This document shows, piece by piece, positions 1 to 12,729 of a DNA stretch of 64,000 nt. Positions within the stretch are counted from its first letter, which is position 1. Each line of letters opens with the position of its first letter. Under the pieces are notes generated by a model. It had not been told where the DNA came from, searched no databases, and was given only the letters and a program-made list of their open reading frames with translations. Origin of the DNA: the human T2T-CHM13v2.0 reference genome, Homo sapiens; NCBI RefSeq assembly GCF_009914755.1, contig NC_060926.1, one strand, 5' to 3'. The position numbers and the translations under genes are program-made.

Positions 1-1042
1 CAAATTGCTAAAAATGCCATAAAAAGAGTTATTGTAAGGTTATTGAGGTTCTGAGAGGTGATTGATGCCTTAATTAGGCCTGTTAATAGTCTTCATAGTG
101 GTGTGTTGTAATAACTAAACAGTCAGGTTGGGATTTAGGGTCACTATATTAGTTTGTTGAGTGCCACTAAATGAGGTTTCCTCTTCAGAGCCAAATTATA
201 ATTTTATAGCTAACTCATAAACTTAACTCAGCTTAAATACTATTTAAAGGGCTCAGAGAGGTGCTTATTTACCAAGCGTTAAGCCACTAAGCTCTAAGCT
301 GTAAAACTTGAAGTCCAGCTATTACAATTCTTAGTCTTGAGAATAACCACATTTTAAATAATGCTCTATATTCCATAAAACAGAAAAGGTAAATTATAAT
401 ACACTAGAGAGGAAATTGCAAGTATACACACACAAGTATAAAGTAACATTCACTATTTCTATCAATTTAAAAAGAAACATTGATAATTGCTTTCAGTTCT
501 CAGTGTTCCTATTAGGTTGAGTCTAATTCCAGTCAGTAGTGTGAGGTGGTGGCACAAATATATTTGGTTTCCAAAGCACTATAAGAAAAAATATCTTCAG
601 TAGTTAAAATTTAATATGAGAGTCTCTACTCTTTTAAATTTATATTTATTTTTTATTATTTAATTTTATATTTGATTTATAAAGACTCCAGCATTCATCA
701 CATTATTAACAAAAAACGCATCTTTTGTATATGAAAAAATATAGCCTGCTTAAACTCTTCTCCTTTGATAGTCTAATTGAACATTCTATTTTTTAGCCTT
801 ACTCCTAAAAGATGCTTTCAATGTTACCTTACATATGCTATATCACTAATAAAAAAGCACCTGTGGATAGGTAGAACAGGAATTTCTAACCTTATTTTAT
901 AAAGAGAGACAATGAAGCACATCATTATCTGAATCAGAGTGCAAATCAATTTCTGATACCTGGATTATGTACACTAAACCTTCTGAAAACCAATTCTCGT
1001 AGTATATTGATAGAGCAAGTGAGCTAATCAGGAATATATAAT

Positions 1043-1410
1043 TGATATAGTTTAGCTGTGTCCCCACCCAAAATCTCATCTTGATTGTAATCCCCATAAT
1101 CCCCAGGTGTCAAGGGAGAGACCATGTGGAGTAGTTGAATCATGGGGGCAGTTTCCCCATGCTGTTCTCATGATAGAGAGTGAGTTCTCATGAGTTCTGA
1201 TGGCTTTATAAGTGTCTGGTAACTCTCTTGCATTCATTCTTCTTCCTGCTGCCTTGTGAAGAAGGTGTCTTGCTTCACCTTCTGCCAAGATTGTAAGTTT
1301 CCTGAGGTGTCCCCAGCCATGTGGAACTGTGAGTCAATTAAACCTCTTTCCTTTCTAAGTTACCTGGTCTCAGGCAGTTCTTTACAGCAGTGTGAGAACA
1401 AACTAATACA
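1043..1410 (+). mobile_element. THE1-family (THE1C/D-like) MaLR solo LTR
   Basis: Starts tgatatagtttagctgtgtccccacccaaaatctcatcttg and ends gagaacaaactaataca. Flanked by near-TSD ataat/acaat. Confidence 0.9.
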
Positions 1411-1940
1411 ACAATTAAAAAACAAGTTTTAGAAACATGGTCTCTCTGCTTTGAAAATGGAGGCAAGATGATAACTAGTCCCCACTCACTGATCCTCTGA
1501 GACCTAAGGTTAGACTGGTTCACGGCAGCAACTGGAGGGTAAGCATTAATGGTGTGATACAGAGGCTATGCTGGCATAAAATGTAGATGCTGGATCCAAA
1601 TCAGAGGTCCAGATAAAAAAGGAGAGGAGACAATGCATAAAAAGAGGTTATAAACAACAGAAAACAAAACAAGGAACATTAAGAGAAAGTGGTTCAGAGT
1701 AAGTAGTGAGGGATGGAAAAGCTTTTGAGATAGCACACCTAAGTTTGCAGTAGAGTTTTACATAATCCTGGCACATGCCTGCAAGGACAATCTAATGTAG
1801 CACAATGGAACCTCAATGATGGCATATGACCAGACTGGTGGTTTCAGGACTGATGATTAGAATACTTTATTACTAGGATGCTTGTAGAGAAAACTAATAT
1901 TGGTAATGAAAGGAAATACTCATTTGATCCAGTTATTCGG

Positions 1941-2301
1941 TGTCTTAAATTATTTTCTGTTACAGTAGGCAAATACCACAGACTGAGTAATTTATAAAAA
2001 ATAGTTTATATAGCTCACCATTCTGGAGGCTGGAAAGTCCAAGAGCATAGTGCCAGCATCTGCTAAAGGTGTCTTTGCTACAACGTGACATGGCAAGTGT
2101 TATCACATGGCAGAGCTTGCCAGCTCAGGCCTCTTCTTTCTTTACAAAGACAATAATCCCATTGTAAGCTCCCCAACCTCATGATTTCATCTAGCAATAA
2201 TTGTCTTCCAAATGCCCCACCTCCAAATACTATCAATGTATAACTCTGGAAATTAAGTTTCTAAAACATGAACTTTTGGGAGACACATTCAAATGATAGC
2301 A
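1941..2301 (-). mobile_element. MaLR LTR (MLT1A/MSTD-like)
   Basis: Contains accacagactgagtaatttata...ttctggaggctggaaagtccaag and ends ttttgggagacacattcaaatgatagca. Confidence 0.75.
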
Positions 2302-2487
2302 TTTGGCAAAAATATATGCTCAGACTGCATGGACAATTTTGTTTACATACATTAAGCTCATTTTTACTCAAGTTTAGTTTAAGTCACTTGTGTGTTTAGA
2401 TATTACAGAAGTCACATAAACAACTTTGGGAGAATAACTACTACTTAAAAACTGTTTATTTTCAAAGTGTGATGGATTAACTAAATT

Positions 2488-2745
2488 TTTCACTCATTCA
2501 TTTATCAACAAATAATTACTAAGTGCTACCATCTGCCAAGCATGGTGAAATAAACATGATTACAAATGAGAGATTCATTGAGCTTGCAATCAAACCTTGA
2601 ATCCAGCACTTACTTGATAAGTGGCCTTAGACTATTCTGAAGTATTTGGTATCTTACTTTCCTTATCTTTAAAACAGAAACCTTACTTACTTCATACGGT
2701 GAATTGATCATTATTTTTTAATGCGAACTGCCTAGAACACAGACT
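2488..2745. mobile_element. L2 3' end (minus) followed by MIR fragment
   Basis: cattcatttatcaacaaataattactaagtgctacc is the L2 terminus. ttgaatccagcacttacttgataagtggccttag...ttatctttaaaacag is MIR core-like. Confidence 0.55.
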
Positions 2746-3289
2746 GGTCAAGTGTGAATAATTTTTTAATCTTTATTATGGAAAAGAATAAGTCATATTT
2801 CTTGCCTTCAAATAAAATATAGTTTAATGGGAAACAAAAAGTTATATAATAGAGGCACATGAAGACTTTTTTGGGGTGTAATGTAGATACGTAGTGACGT
2901 ATGATACCACCAGAGGTTTCTCCCCCTTAAAAAATTGTTTTGTGATTATAGGCAATAGACTTGAGTCCTAAATGAGCCCCAAAACTTGTGTCAGCACAAC
3001 ATTCGAGAATAACACATTAAAGAGACACTGGAGTTGAACTACTAAACCTAGATTCTGAATCAGAAAGCAAATGTTATAATACAAAGGACAGGAACTCAGA
3101 TACAAATTTCAATTCTCATTCCAAGAAGTATTTTCCAGTCAATTCGGCAAAATTTAGTAAACCACTCAGTAGTGACTTACCCAATGTTTTCTGGATATTA
3201 GTTATTCTTTTGAGATCTAATTATAGAGGCTCAATAAATGGCAACTATTATTTTACCGCATTATTTAATATAAAAATACATGACATATA

Positions 3290-3808
3290 TGAAACCTGAA
3301 CATGTCATTTCTCTGTATATATACTTCATCCTGTCTTCAATGTCTCTAAGACAAAAATGTCAATTATTAAGCATAGTCTATAAACCCCTGCCAGACCTCA
3401 TCTCTGCCTTAGGCTCCAGCCTATTTTTATCACTCCTTCTTCACTTCCAGATACCCCGTGCTTTGTTCTGTCATCTTTTCATGACTTTGCCCACATGCTA
3501 TGTCCTCTGATTGGAAACTACTGTTTTCCCAAACATAAAGACTCATTCATGATTTCTCTCTCCCACAAATCTTTCATTCCCCCAGCCCCTGCACAAAATG
3601 AAGTAGGTGCCCTTTTTCTCTGTTTCAAAGTGCTCAAACTCACATATGTTTTGTCATTTTTATTGCATTTGTTTCTCTACTTTTCTGTCTACTTGACTCA
3701 AATTCCTTGAGAGAAAAGACTGTCTTCTATACCTTCCTCTTGAAGACCTGGCTGTGAACTGGTCATATAAAGATTGGTCTATAAATGATTGTGAAATGAA
3801 TCAATCAG
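3290..3808 (+). mobile_element. L2 3' fragment
   Basis: Degenerate L2 3' region ending ataaatgattgtgaaatgaatcaatc. Confidence 0.6.
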
Positions 3809-4620
3809 TCCTTGAGAAATATAAACTGCAAGTGTGAGTAGAACCAGTCTATAAGCTTGAAAGATCCTTAAGTCACATGAGAAATTTGACGTGAGATCTG
3901 GAAAGGATCTTAAAAATCTGGAAAATTTTGCATTCAGTAAGACGTGTCTAAAGTCCTGCTATAACATGAATTTGTCTCTGGCTCTGGGGAACAAGGAGGG
4001 CTCTGAGATAAGAGGCACTTGTCTATTACCACCAACTAGTCTTTGGTGAGATACTCAGAGCATTGGCCTCTATGAATTCTTCCACACTGCAGAATCTTAC
4101 TGTCAGTGGCATTTTAGCTTAACCACAAATGACATCTTTTCTAAATATAGAATCTGTTTTCCAATACATCTAACTACTTCTGATTCCAGATGTTTTTATG
4201 TACTGGAACCCTCTGGGAAAATCAAATCTGTTATGTAGGCAATAGCCTGGTTACTTAAACTTAGAAAAAGTAGTTTTTCTCTCTTCTTTTTACTTCTTGT
4301 CAAAATAATTTAATGTTTTGTTGTTGTTGTTTGAGTCTCACATAATTGCTTCTCCTCCATTTCATTTGATTGAGGAGGCCTGACCACTGGGAGTCATTAT
4401 ATTAACCACTCCTCCATGTAAAATAATGAACTGTTCTTGGTCAAAGCTCTTTTCATTGATAAAAACATACACTCACTCAAACTAGCTTTAGAAAAAAGAG
4501 GGAATTGATTATAAGTAATAAAGAAAGGGTAGTAAGTACAGTCAGCCTCTCAAAACACTTGGGACCTGGAAAACAAACAGGAAACAAAGCAGTCTATCTC
4601 CCTCATTTAAGAATATAGTA

Positions 4621-6840
4621 GGCTGCATAAATATCTTCCTATGAGAAGTGTCTGTTCATATCCTTTGCCTACTTTTTGATGGGGTTGTTTGTTTTTTCTT
4701 GTAAATTTGTTTAAGTTCCTTGTAGATTCTGGATATTAGCCCTTTGTCAGATGGATAGATTGTAAAAATTTTCTCCCATTCTGTAGGTTTCCTGTTCACT
4801 CTGATGATAGTTCCTTTTGTTGCGCAGAAGCTCTTTAATTTAATTAGACCCCATTTGTCAATTTTGGCTTTTGTTTTCATTGCTTTTGGTGTTTTAGTCA
4901 TGAAGTCTTTGCCCATGCCGATGTCCTGAATGGCATTGCCTACATTTTCTTCTAGGGTTTGTATGGTTTTAGGTCTTACATTTAAGTCTTTAATCCATCT
5001 TGAGTTAATTTTTGTATAAGGTGTAAGGAAGGGGTCCAGTTTCAGTTTTCTGCATATGGCTAGCCAGTTTTCCTAACACCATTTATTAAATAGGGAATCC
5101 TTTCCTCATTGCTTGTTTTTGTCAGGTTTGCCAAAGATCAGATGGTTGTAGATGTGTGGTGTTATTTCTGAAGCCTCCATTCTTTTCCACTGATCTATAT
5201 ATCTGTTTTGGTACCAGTACCATGCTGTTTTGGTTAGTGTAGCCTTGTAGTATAGTTTGAAGTCAGCATGATGCCTTCAGCTTTGTTGTTTTTGCTTAGG
5301 AGTGTCTTGGCTATAGATTCAATGCTATTCCCATATTCATTCTACTATAAAGACACATGCATACATATGTTTATTGCAGCACTGTTTACAATAGCAAAGA
5401 CTTGGAACCAACCCAAATGCCCACCAGTAATAGACTGGTTAAAGAAAATGTGGCACATATACACCATGGAATACTCTGCAGCCATAAAAATAATGAGTTC
5501 ATATCCTTTGCAGGGACATGGATAAAGCTGGAAACTATCATTCTAAGTGAACTAACACAGGAACAGAAAAGTCTTTTTTGGTTCCATGAAATTTAAAGTA
5601 GTTTTTTCCAATTCTGTGAAGAAAGTCAGTGGTAGCTTGATGGGAATAGCATTGAATCTTTGAATTACTTTGGGCAGCATGGCCATTTTCACGATACTGA
5701 TTCTTCCTATCCATGAGCGTGGAATGGTTTTCCATTTGTTTGTGTCCTCTCTTATTTCCTTTGAGCAGTGGTTTATAGTTGTCTTTGAAGAGGTCCTTCA
5801 CATCCCTTGTAAGTTGTATTCTTGGTATTTTATTCTCTTTGTAGCAATCGTGCATGGAGGTCCACTCACTATTTGACTCTCTTTTTGTCTATTATTGGCA
5901 TATAGGAATGCTTGTGATTTTTGTACATTGATTTTGTATCCTGAGACTTTCCTGAAGTTGCTTATCAGCTTAAGAAGATTTTGGGCTGAGACGATGGGGT
6001 TTTCTAAATATACAGTCATGTCATCTGCAAACAGACAATTTGACTACCTTTCTTCCTATTTGAATGCCCTTTATTTCTTTCTCTTGCCTGATTGCCCTGG
6101 CCAGAACTTCCAATACTGTGTTGAATAAGAGTGATGAGAGAGGGCATGCTTGTATTGTGCCAGTTTTCAAAGAGAATGCTTCCAGCTTTTGCCCATTCAG
6201 TAAGACATTGGCTGTGGGTTTGTCATAAATGGCTCTTATTATTTGAGATATGTTCCATCAATACCTAGTTTATTGAGTGATTCCTCAAGGATCTAGAACC
6301 AGAAATACCATTTGACTCAGCAATCCCATTACTGACTATATAACCAAAGGATTATAAATCATTCTACTATAAAGACACATGCATACATATGTTTATTGCA
6401 GCACTGTTTACAATAGCAAAGACTTGGAACCAACCCAAATGCCCATCAATGATAGACTGGATAAAGAAAACGTGGCACACATACACCATGGAATACTCTG
6501 CAGCCATAAAAATAATGAGTTCATGTCCTTTGGAGGGACATGGGTAAAGCTGGAAACCATCATTCTCCGCAAACTAACACAGGAACAGAAAACCAAACAC
6601 GGCATGTTCTCACTTACAAGTGAGAGTTGAACAATGAGAACTCATGGACACAGGGAGAGGAATATCACACACCAGGGCCTGTTGGGGGTAGGGGACAAGG
6701 AGGGGGGATAGCATTAGGAGAAATACCTAATGTAGATGACAGGTTGATTGGTGCAGCAAAAACACCATGGCACATGTATACCTATGTAACAAACCTGCAC
6801 ATTCTGCACATGTATCCCAGAACTTAAAGTATAATAAAAA
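4621..6840 (+). mobile_element. 5'-truncated, 5'-inverted L1PA7/8-like LINE-1 (twin-priming product) with internal templated inserts
   Basis: Perfect TSD aagaatatagta at 4609-4620 and 6841-6852. Antisense ORF2 at 4621-5314 and 5571-~6278; sense 3' end at ~6279-6840 with aataaa and A-tail. ORF fragments match ORF2 ([30 protein letters not shown]). Confidence 0.95.
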
Positions 6841-7010
6841 AAGAATATAGTAATAGGTATTTCACTCTATGTATAGACATTTCATTAATTCTTTCTTAGC
6901 CACTGCCATTTCCTCCTTCTCCATAAAGTGGCAGAATGGGATTGCTTTATATCTCATCAGTTTGCATATCTTCCCAGTTTGAATTGTGAAATGAAACTAA
7001 CTACATAAAA

Positions 7011-7180
7011 TTTTTCTTTTTTCTTTTTTTTTGAGACAAGGTCTCACTCTGTTGCCCAGGCTGGAGTGCAGTGGCATGATCTCAGTTCACTGCAACTTCT
7101 GTCCCCTGGGATCAAGTAATTCTTTGACGTTAGCCTCCTAAGTAGCTGGACTACAGGTGCACGCCACCGTGCCCAGCTAA
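7011..7180 (-). mobile_element. Alu right arm only (FRAM or truncated AluJ)
   Basis: Poly-T, then gagacaaggtctcactctgttgcccaggctgg...gcccagctaa. No left arm. Confidence 0.85.
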
Positions 7181-7754
7181 CTTCTCAATCCCAGTTCCAC
7201 ATGCTTGCAAGAAAGAAATTAGCCTGAATGGGTCAGTTGTCCATCTTAATTAACTGTAACTATAGGATGACCATTGCCATGGATGGCCCAGGACATGGCA
7301 AGGCTAGCCCTGCTCATATATGAAGACACATTGTGTATATTTTGTAGGATAGATCCAACTGGAACATCTGACTACCACATAGAACAGTATTTCCATCCAA
7401 CATCAATTGGTGGTTTGTTTTCTGTACTTGCTCTGTACCAGTAGAGATATTTACAACCATGTATCAAGTACAGTTCCTAATGTTCAAGAGCAGCACATGA
7501 CAATCACATGCTTAGTCTCTATGACTTAGTACTGAAAATTGTAAGTGAGGCAAATTCCCTTCCTCTTCTTGGCCAATGCTTTAAAAGACTATCTCACTAT
7601 GTCCTACTCAATGACATAATCTTGTAATAAACAGTTAAAATATAATAAATCCTCCCAGTACTACTTTGTTTTTTTCCTTTGAATATATATTCTAGAACCC
7701 TCCTCAAGACAAAGGCTATTTTTTATTTTAAAAAAAGAAAAACGTTTCTTGATC

Positions 7755-7945
7755 TCTGGTGATATGCCAAACCTTGTTCTACATACTTTATTTGTAATCA
7801 ACATACTTAATCTCCATAACAATCTAAGTTATATATAATTATGTATGATTTTATAGGTGAGAAAAAAGGTTCAAAGCTTTAAGTATTATACTTTGTGCAA
7901 AGCATACAGCTAGCTAAGGGAAAAGTAAAAATTGAAACTGAGGAT
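7755..7945 (-). mobile_element. MIR
   Basis: cttaatctccataacaatct...ttttataggtgagaaaaaaggttcaaag...catacagctagctaag. Confidence 0.6.
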
Positions 7946-7991
7946 GAATTTGAGGCTACCACAGCCTATTTCTGCATTGACTTTTATTAGT

Positions 7992-8056
7992 CATCTTTGA
8001 CTTCCTAACACTTCCTAACACTTCCTAACTTCCTAACATCTTTTACTTCCTGACAC
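7992..8056. repeat. Short tandem repeat (cttcctaaca)~4
   Basis: Direct 10-bp units at 8001-8038, with a flanking catcttt(g/t)acttcct duplication. Confidence 0.8.
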
Positions 8057-8654
8057 TTACTGATAAGTGAAGTGTGTATGGTAGAATTTTCTCTAACTGA
8101 CGTCCTTTAGCCAGTTCACTATGTTAGATCTTTTTCATGTCTTGATAAGACATGAAAAACATTGGTAAGTGCCTTTGTGTTTCTCTTTCCAGTATTTGAT
8201 ATGTTCACTCTTTATGCCTGTTTGAACTTGCAATTTAATAACATAATATTAAATAGGATATTAAATAGGACTGATTAAACAGAATCATGAAAACAGTTAT
8301 TTCTATAAAAAGCGTTTTAAGTGTTTTGCAAGAATTTGAGATGAGCCACCATAATTATTGCCTTTTTAAGTAGGATTGCAAAAATGTTATGAAAATTAGA
8401 AAAAATTAATTTCACAGAATGATGGGCAAGGGATAATTAACAAGTACTGTTAAGTGCTTGTTTCACTTTACAGATTTTATGACTGGATGGTTTAGGTGAT
8501 GCATTATTGATATGATTATGCAAAAAGGTTTATTCCAATCAATGGAGAAATATTTAAAGTCTACATAAAAATTGTCAAATAAATACGTATTTATATGTTG
8601 TAGGCTAAAGTAAGATGTTTCAGCAGACGTGTAACTATTTTTAAATTCCACTTT

Positions 8655-10190
8655 CTAATTTTTATTAGTGATGCATGATACATGTACATAGTTTTGGTGT
8701 ACATGTGATGATTTGACACATGCATATAATTTGTAAAGATCAGATCAGTGAACTTGGGATATCTATCACCTGAAATACTTTTATATTCCTTATGCTATAA
8801 CCATTCAAATTCTTCTTTTCTAGCTATTTTGAAAAGTACAATAGATTACTGTAAACTATAGCCACCCTACTGATCTAACACAAGATGTTATTTTTTCTAT
8901 CAAATCATGTATTTCTACCCATTGATCAACTTTTTTTTATCCTCCTATTGCCTCCACTTCCTAGCCTCTGATAACCACCAACCTACTCTCTATGTAAGAG
9001 AGCTACTTTTTTAGCTTCCATATGTGAATAGGAATATGCAATGTTTGTCTCTTTGTGCTTGGGTTTATTTTACTTAGCATCCAGTTCCATCCATGTTTCT
9101 GCAAATAACAGGATTTTATTATTTTTTGTGGAAGAATAGTATTTAATTGTACATATGTATTGTATATATTTATATTTTTTATAAATTTATTTTGTATATA
9201 AGTATATACCATGTTTTCTTTATCCATTCCTCCTTTGATAGGCAGTTAGGCTGATTCTACAATTTGGCTATTGTGATTAGTGTTGCAGTAAGCATGAGAG
9301 TGTAGACATCTCTTCAATATATTGATTTTCTTTCTTTTGGATATATAGCCAGTAGTGGAATTGCTGGATCATATGATAGTTCAATTTTTTTTTTTTTTGA
9401 GGGAAAACTATACTGTTCTCCATAGTGGTTGTACTAATTTACATACCCACCAACATTGTGCAAGGATTCTCATTTCTCCTCATTCTCATCAGCATCTGTT
9501 ATTGCCTATTATTTTTATAAAAGCCATATTAACTAAGGTGAGATGATATTTCATTGTGGTTTTGATTTGCATTTGTCTGATGATTAGTGATGTTGAATAT
9601 TTCTTTTCACATACCTGTTGGCCATTTGTATCTCTTTTTTTGAGAAATGCCTTAGACCTTTTCTTCATTTTAAAAATACAATTATTTGTTTTTGCTATTG
9701 AGTTGAGTTCCTTGTAGATGTTGGTTATTAATTTCTTGTCAGATGCATAGTTTGCAAATATTTTGTCCCATTCCGTGGGTTGTCTCTTCACTTTGTTAAT
9801 TGTTTCCTTTGTTGTCCAGGAAAGCTTTAGCTTGATTTGTTTCTGTTTGTCTATTTTTGCTTTTGGTTGCCTATGATTTTGAAGTCATACACAAAAAAAT
9901 CTTTGCCTAGACCAACTTCCTGGGAAAAGACAAAAAACCATTTCCCCAAAGTTTTCTTCTAGTAGTTTCATAGTTTGAGGTCTTAGATTTAAGTCTTTAA
10001 TCCATATTGATTTGATTTTTGTGTATGATCAGAGATAGGGGTCTAGTTTCATTCTTCTGCATAGTTATCCAGGTTTTCTAGCACCATTAATTGAATAAAC
10101 TGTTCTTTCCCCATTTTATATCCTTGAAATCTTTGTCAAACAGGAGTTGGCCATAAATATGTGGATTTTTATCTAAGTTATCTATTCTTT
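8655..10190 (-). mobile_element. L1MA-type (MA4-6-like) 3' fragment
   Basis: L1MA 3'UTR start (tacatagttttggtgtacatgtgatgatttgac). ORF 9489..9791 resembles the ORF2 C-terminus ([18 protein letters not shown]). Confidence 0.85.
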
Positions 10191-10194
10191 GTTT

Positions 10195-12650
10195 CTAAAT
10201 CAAAAGCAATACTGAATACCTGGAGGGATTACAGACATTAATGCCACCATCAAGGACTTGAAAGATAAGATGATGATTTGTACTTATCCCCATTCAACTC
10301 ATCTATTTGGCCTATCCAGAAAGCAGATGGAACTTGGAGAATGACAGTGAGAAATAATAAGCTTAACTAAGCATTGATGCCAATTGCATCTACTGTCCCA
10401 GATGTGGTTTTATTGCTTGAGCAAATTAACACATCCCCTGGTATCTGGTATATAGCTATTAACATGGAAAATGCTTTTTTTCTTAATATTTGTTAATAAA
10501 GGCCACCAGAAGAAGTGTGCTTTCAGTTGGCAAGGCCAGCAATACATCTTCACTGTCCTCCCTCAAGGGTATATCAATGCTCCAGCCCTATGTCATTATA
10601 TGGTATTCAGGGAATTTGATCTTTTTTTCTTTCCACAAGACAAAATGCTGGACTATTATATATATGACACTAGCTTATTTCACTTAGTGAGCAAGAAATA
10701 GCTATTACTCTAGACTTACTGATAAAATATTTGCATGTGAGATGTTGAAAAATAAAATTGGCAAAAATTCAGGGGCTTTTTTTTCAGTGAAGTTTCTAGA
10801 AGACTACTGTGTTAGGCAGGGTGGAATAAGGCAAATGATAAATTGTTGTATCTACACCCTTCTACAAGCATAAAAGAGGTATAGTATCTAGTGGGTCTCT
10901 TTGAATTTTGAAAGCAATATTTTCCTCATTTGGCTAGGTTACTCTGGCCCATTTACCAAGTGATCCAAAAAACTGTTAGTTTTAAGTGGAGCACACAATA
11001 GAAGAAGGTTCTGCAACAGGTCTAGGCTACTGTGCAAGCTGCTCTGCCACTTAGGCCATATGATCCAGCAGATCCAAAGGGGTGTGAAGTGTCACTGGCA
11101 GAGAGAGGTGCTATTTGGACTCCTTAGCACGTTACTATAGTGCATAATAGTGCAGATCCTTACGATTTTGGAGCAAATCTGCATCATATTCAGTGAATAA
11201 CTCATCTCTTTTTTAGTAGAAGATTTTTATTTGCTACTGAACCTTAGTAGAGACTGAACGCAATCATTGGCCACCAAGTTACCATGTAACCTGTACTACC
11301 CATTGTGAACTAGTGGTTGTCTGACTCATCAAGCTATAAAGTTGGGTGTCTGGAAGCAGCACTCTATCTTCAAATGGAAGCAGTATTCATGAGATTGGCC
11401 CCTAGTAGGCCCTAAAGGCTCAGGTAAGTTACATGAGAAGCGGGCCCAGGGCTCCTACTCCTGCTGCATTACCTTCTTTCATCCATCCCACACCTCTCAT
11501 TTCCTTGGGAACTCTCTATAATCAGTTAACTGAAGAAGAGAAAGCTTTGGCCTGGTTTACAGATCACTCTGCATGATATACAGGCACCACCTGGGAGTAA
11601 GCAGCTGAAGAACCATAGCTCCTTTTTGGGACTTTCCTGAAAAACAATGGTGAAGGGAAATTCTCCCAGTGTGCAAAACTTTGGTTTATCTTGCTTGGAG
11701 GGAGAAATGGCCAGAGGTACAAGTCTATATTAATTCCTAGGCTGCAACCAATTGTTTGGCTGGATGGTCAAGAATTTGGAAGGAAAATGATTAGATAAGT
11801 ACTGAAAGGGAAGTCTGGGGAAGAGGTATATGGCTAAGCCTTTTTGAATAGGAGAAACATGGAAATATTTGTATTTCACCTGAATGCTCACCAAAGAATA
11901 ATCTGAGCAGAGGAAGAATTTAATTAACAAGTAGTTAGGATGACCCATTCTGTCGATAGCAGTTAGCATTTTTTCCCAGTCATCCCCATCTGTCATTGCT
12001 CAATGAATCCACGAACAAAGTGCCCAATTTGTCCAAATGGCAGAGATGAAGGGCGTACATCGGCTCAGCAATGTGGACTGTCATTCACCAATGCTCATCT
12101 AGGTATAGCTAATGCTGTGTGTCCAATCTGCTGGCAACACAGCGCAACATGTGGTTTCTCATACGACGTGATTCTTTGGAGTGATTAGTCAGTCACATAG
12201 TGGCAGATTGATTATATTGGATTGTTTCCATCATATAAAATTGAGCATTTCATGGCAAACAAAGTGTGGAATGAGCCCATGCTCGTGGGGGTGGTGCCAC
12301 TCACTTTTTTTTTTTTTTTTTTCTTGAGACAAAGTTTGGGTCTGTTGTGAGACCAGAGTGCGGTGGCACAATCTCAGCTCACTGCAAACTCTGCCTCCCG
12401 GGTTCAAGCAATTTTTCTAGCTCAGCCTCCTGAGTAGCTGAGGTTACAGGCGTGCACCACCACGCCCGTCTAATTTTTGTATTTTTAGTACAGACAGGGC
12501 TTCACCATGTTGATCAGGCTTGTCTTGAACTCCTGACCTCGTGATCCTCCTGCCTCAGCCTCCCAAAATGGAAAAATGCTGGGATTACAGGCATGAGCCA
12601 CCACACCCAGCCACCACTCACTATTACTTTTAGTAATCAACTAGCAATTT
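10195..12650 (+). mobile_element. ERVL internal region: decayed pol (RT, RNase H, integrase N-terminal part)
   Basis: RT motifs FSWQGQQYIFTVLPQGYINAPALCH and a degenerate YIDD (YIYD). IN zinc-finger CPICWQ, and WQIDYIG at ~12201. Many stops and frameshifts. Confidence 0.9.
12305..12612 (-). mobile_element. AluS (AluSg-like)
   Basis: Full dimer with poly-T and ctcctgacctcgtgatcc. TSD ccactcact at 12297-12305 and 12614-12622. Confidence 0.92.
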
Positions 12651-12729
12651 TATTGGGTTGGTACAAAAGTAACTGTGGTTTTAGACTGTGAATTTTAAAT
12701 CATTACAACTAGGCTCAAACAAATCTTTT

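Larger units (their letters stand above)
4465..7300 (-). mobile_element. Old MLT1 (J/K-like) LTR remnant, split by the L1PA and a partial Alu
   Basis: actcactcaaactagcttta...ggggaattgatt before the L1, and ttctcaatcccagttccacatgc...gggtcagttgtccatc after the Alu. Highly diverged. Confidence 0.4.

Noticed and set aside
10471-12188. Possible domesticated or active reverse transcriptase/integrase
   Set aside because: Fragmented ERVL pol with stops, frameshifts and a broken YIDD motif.
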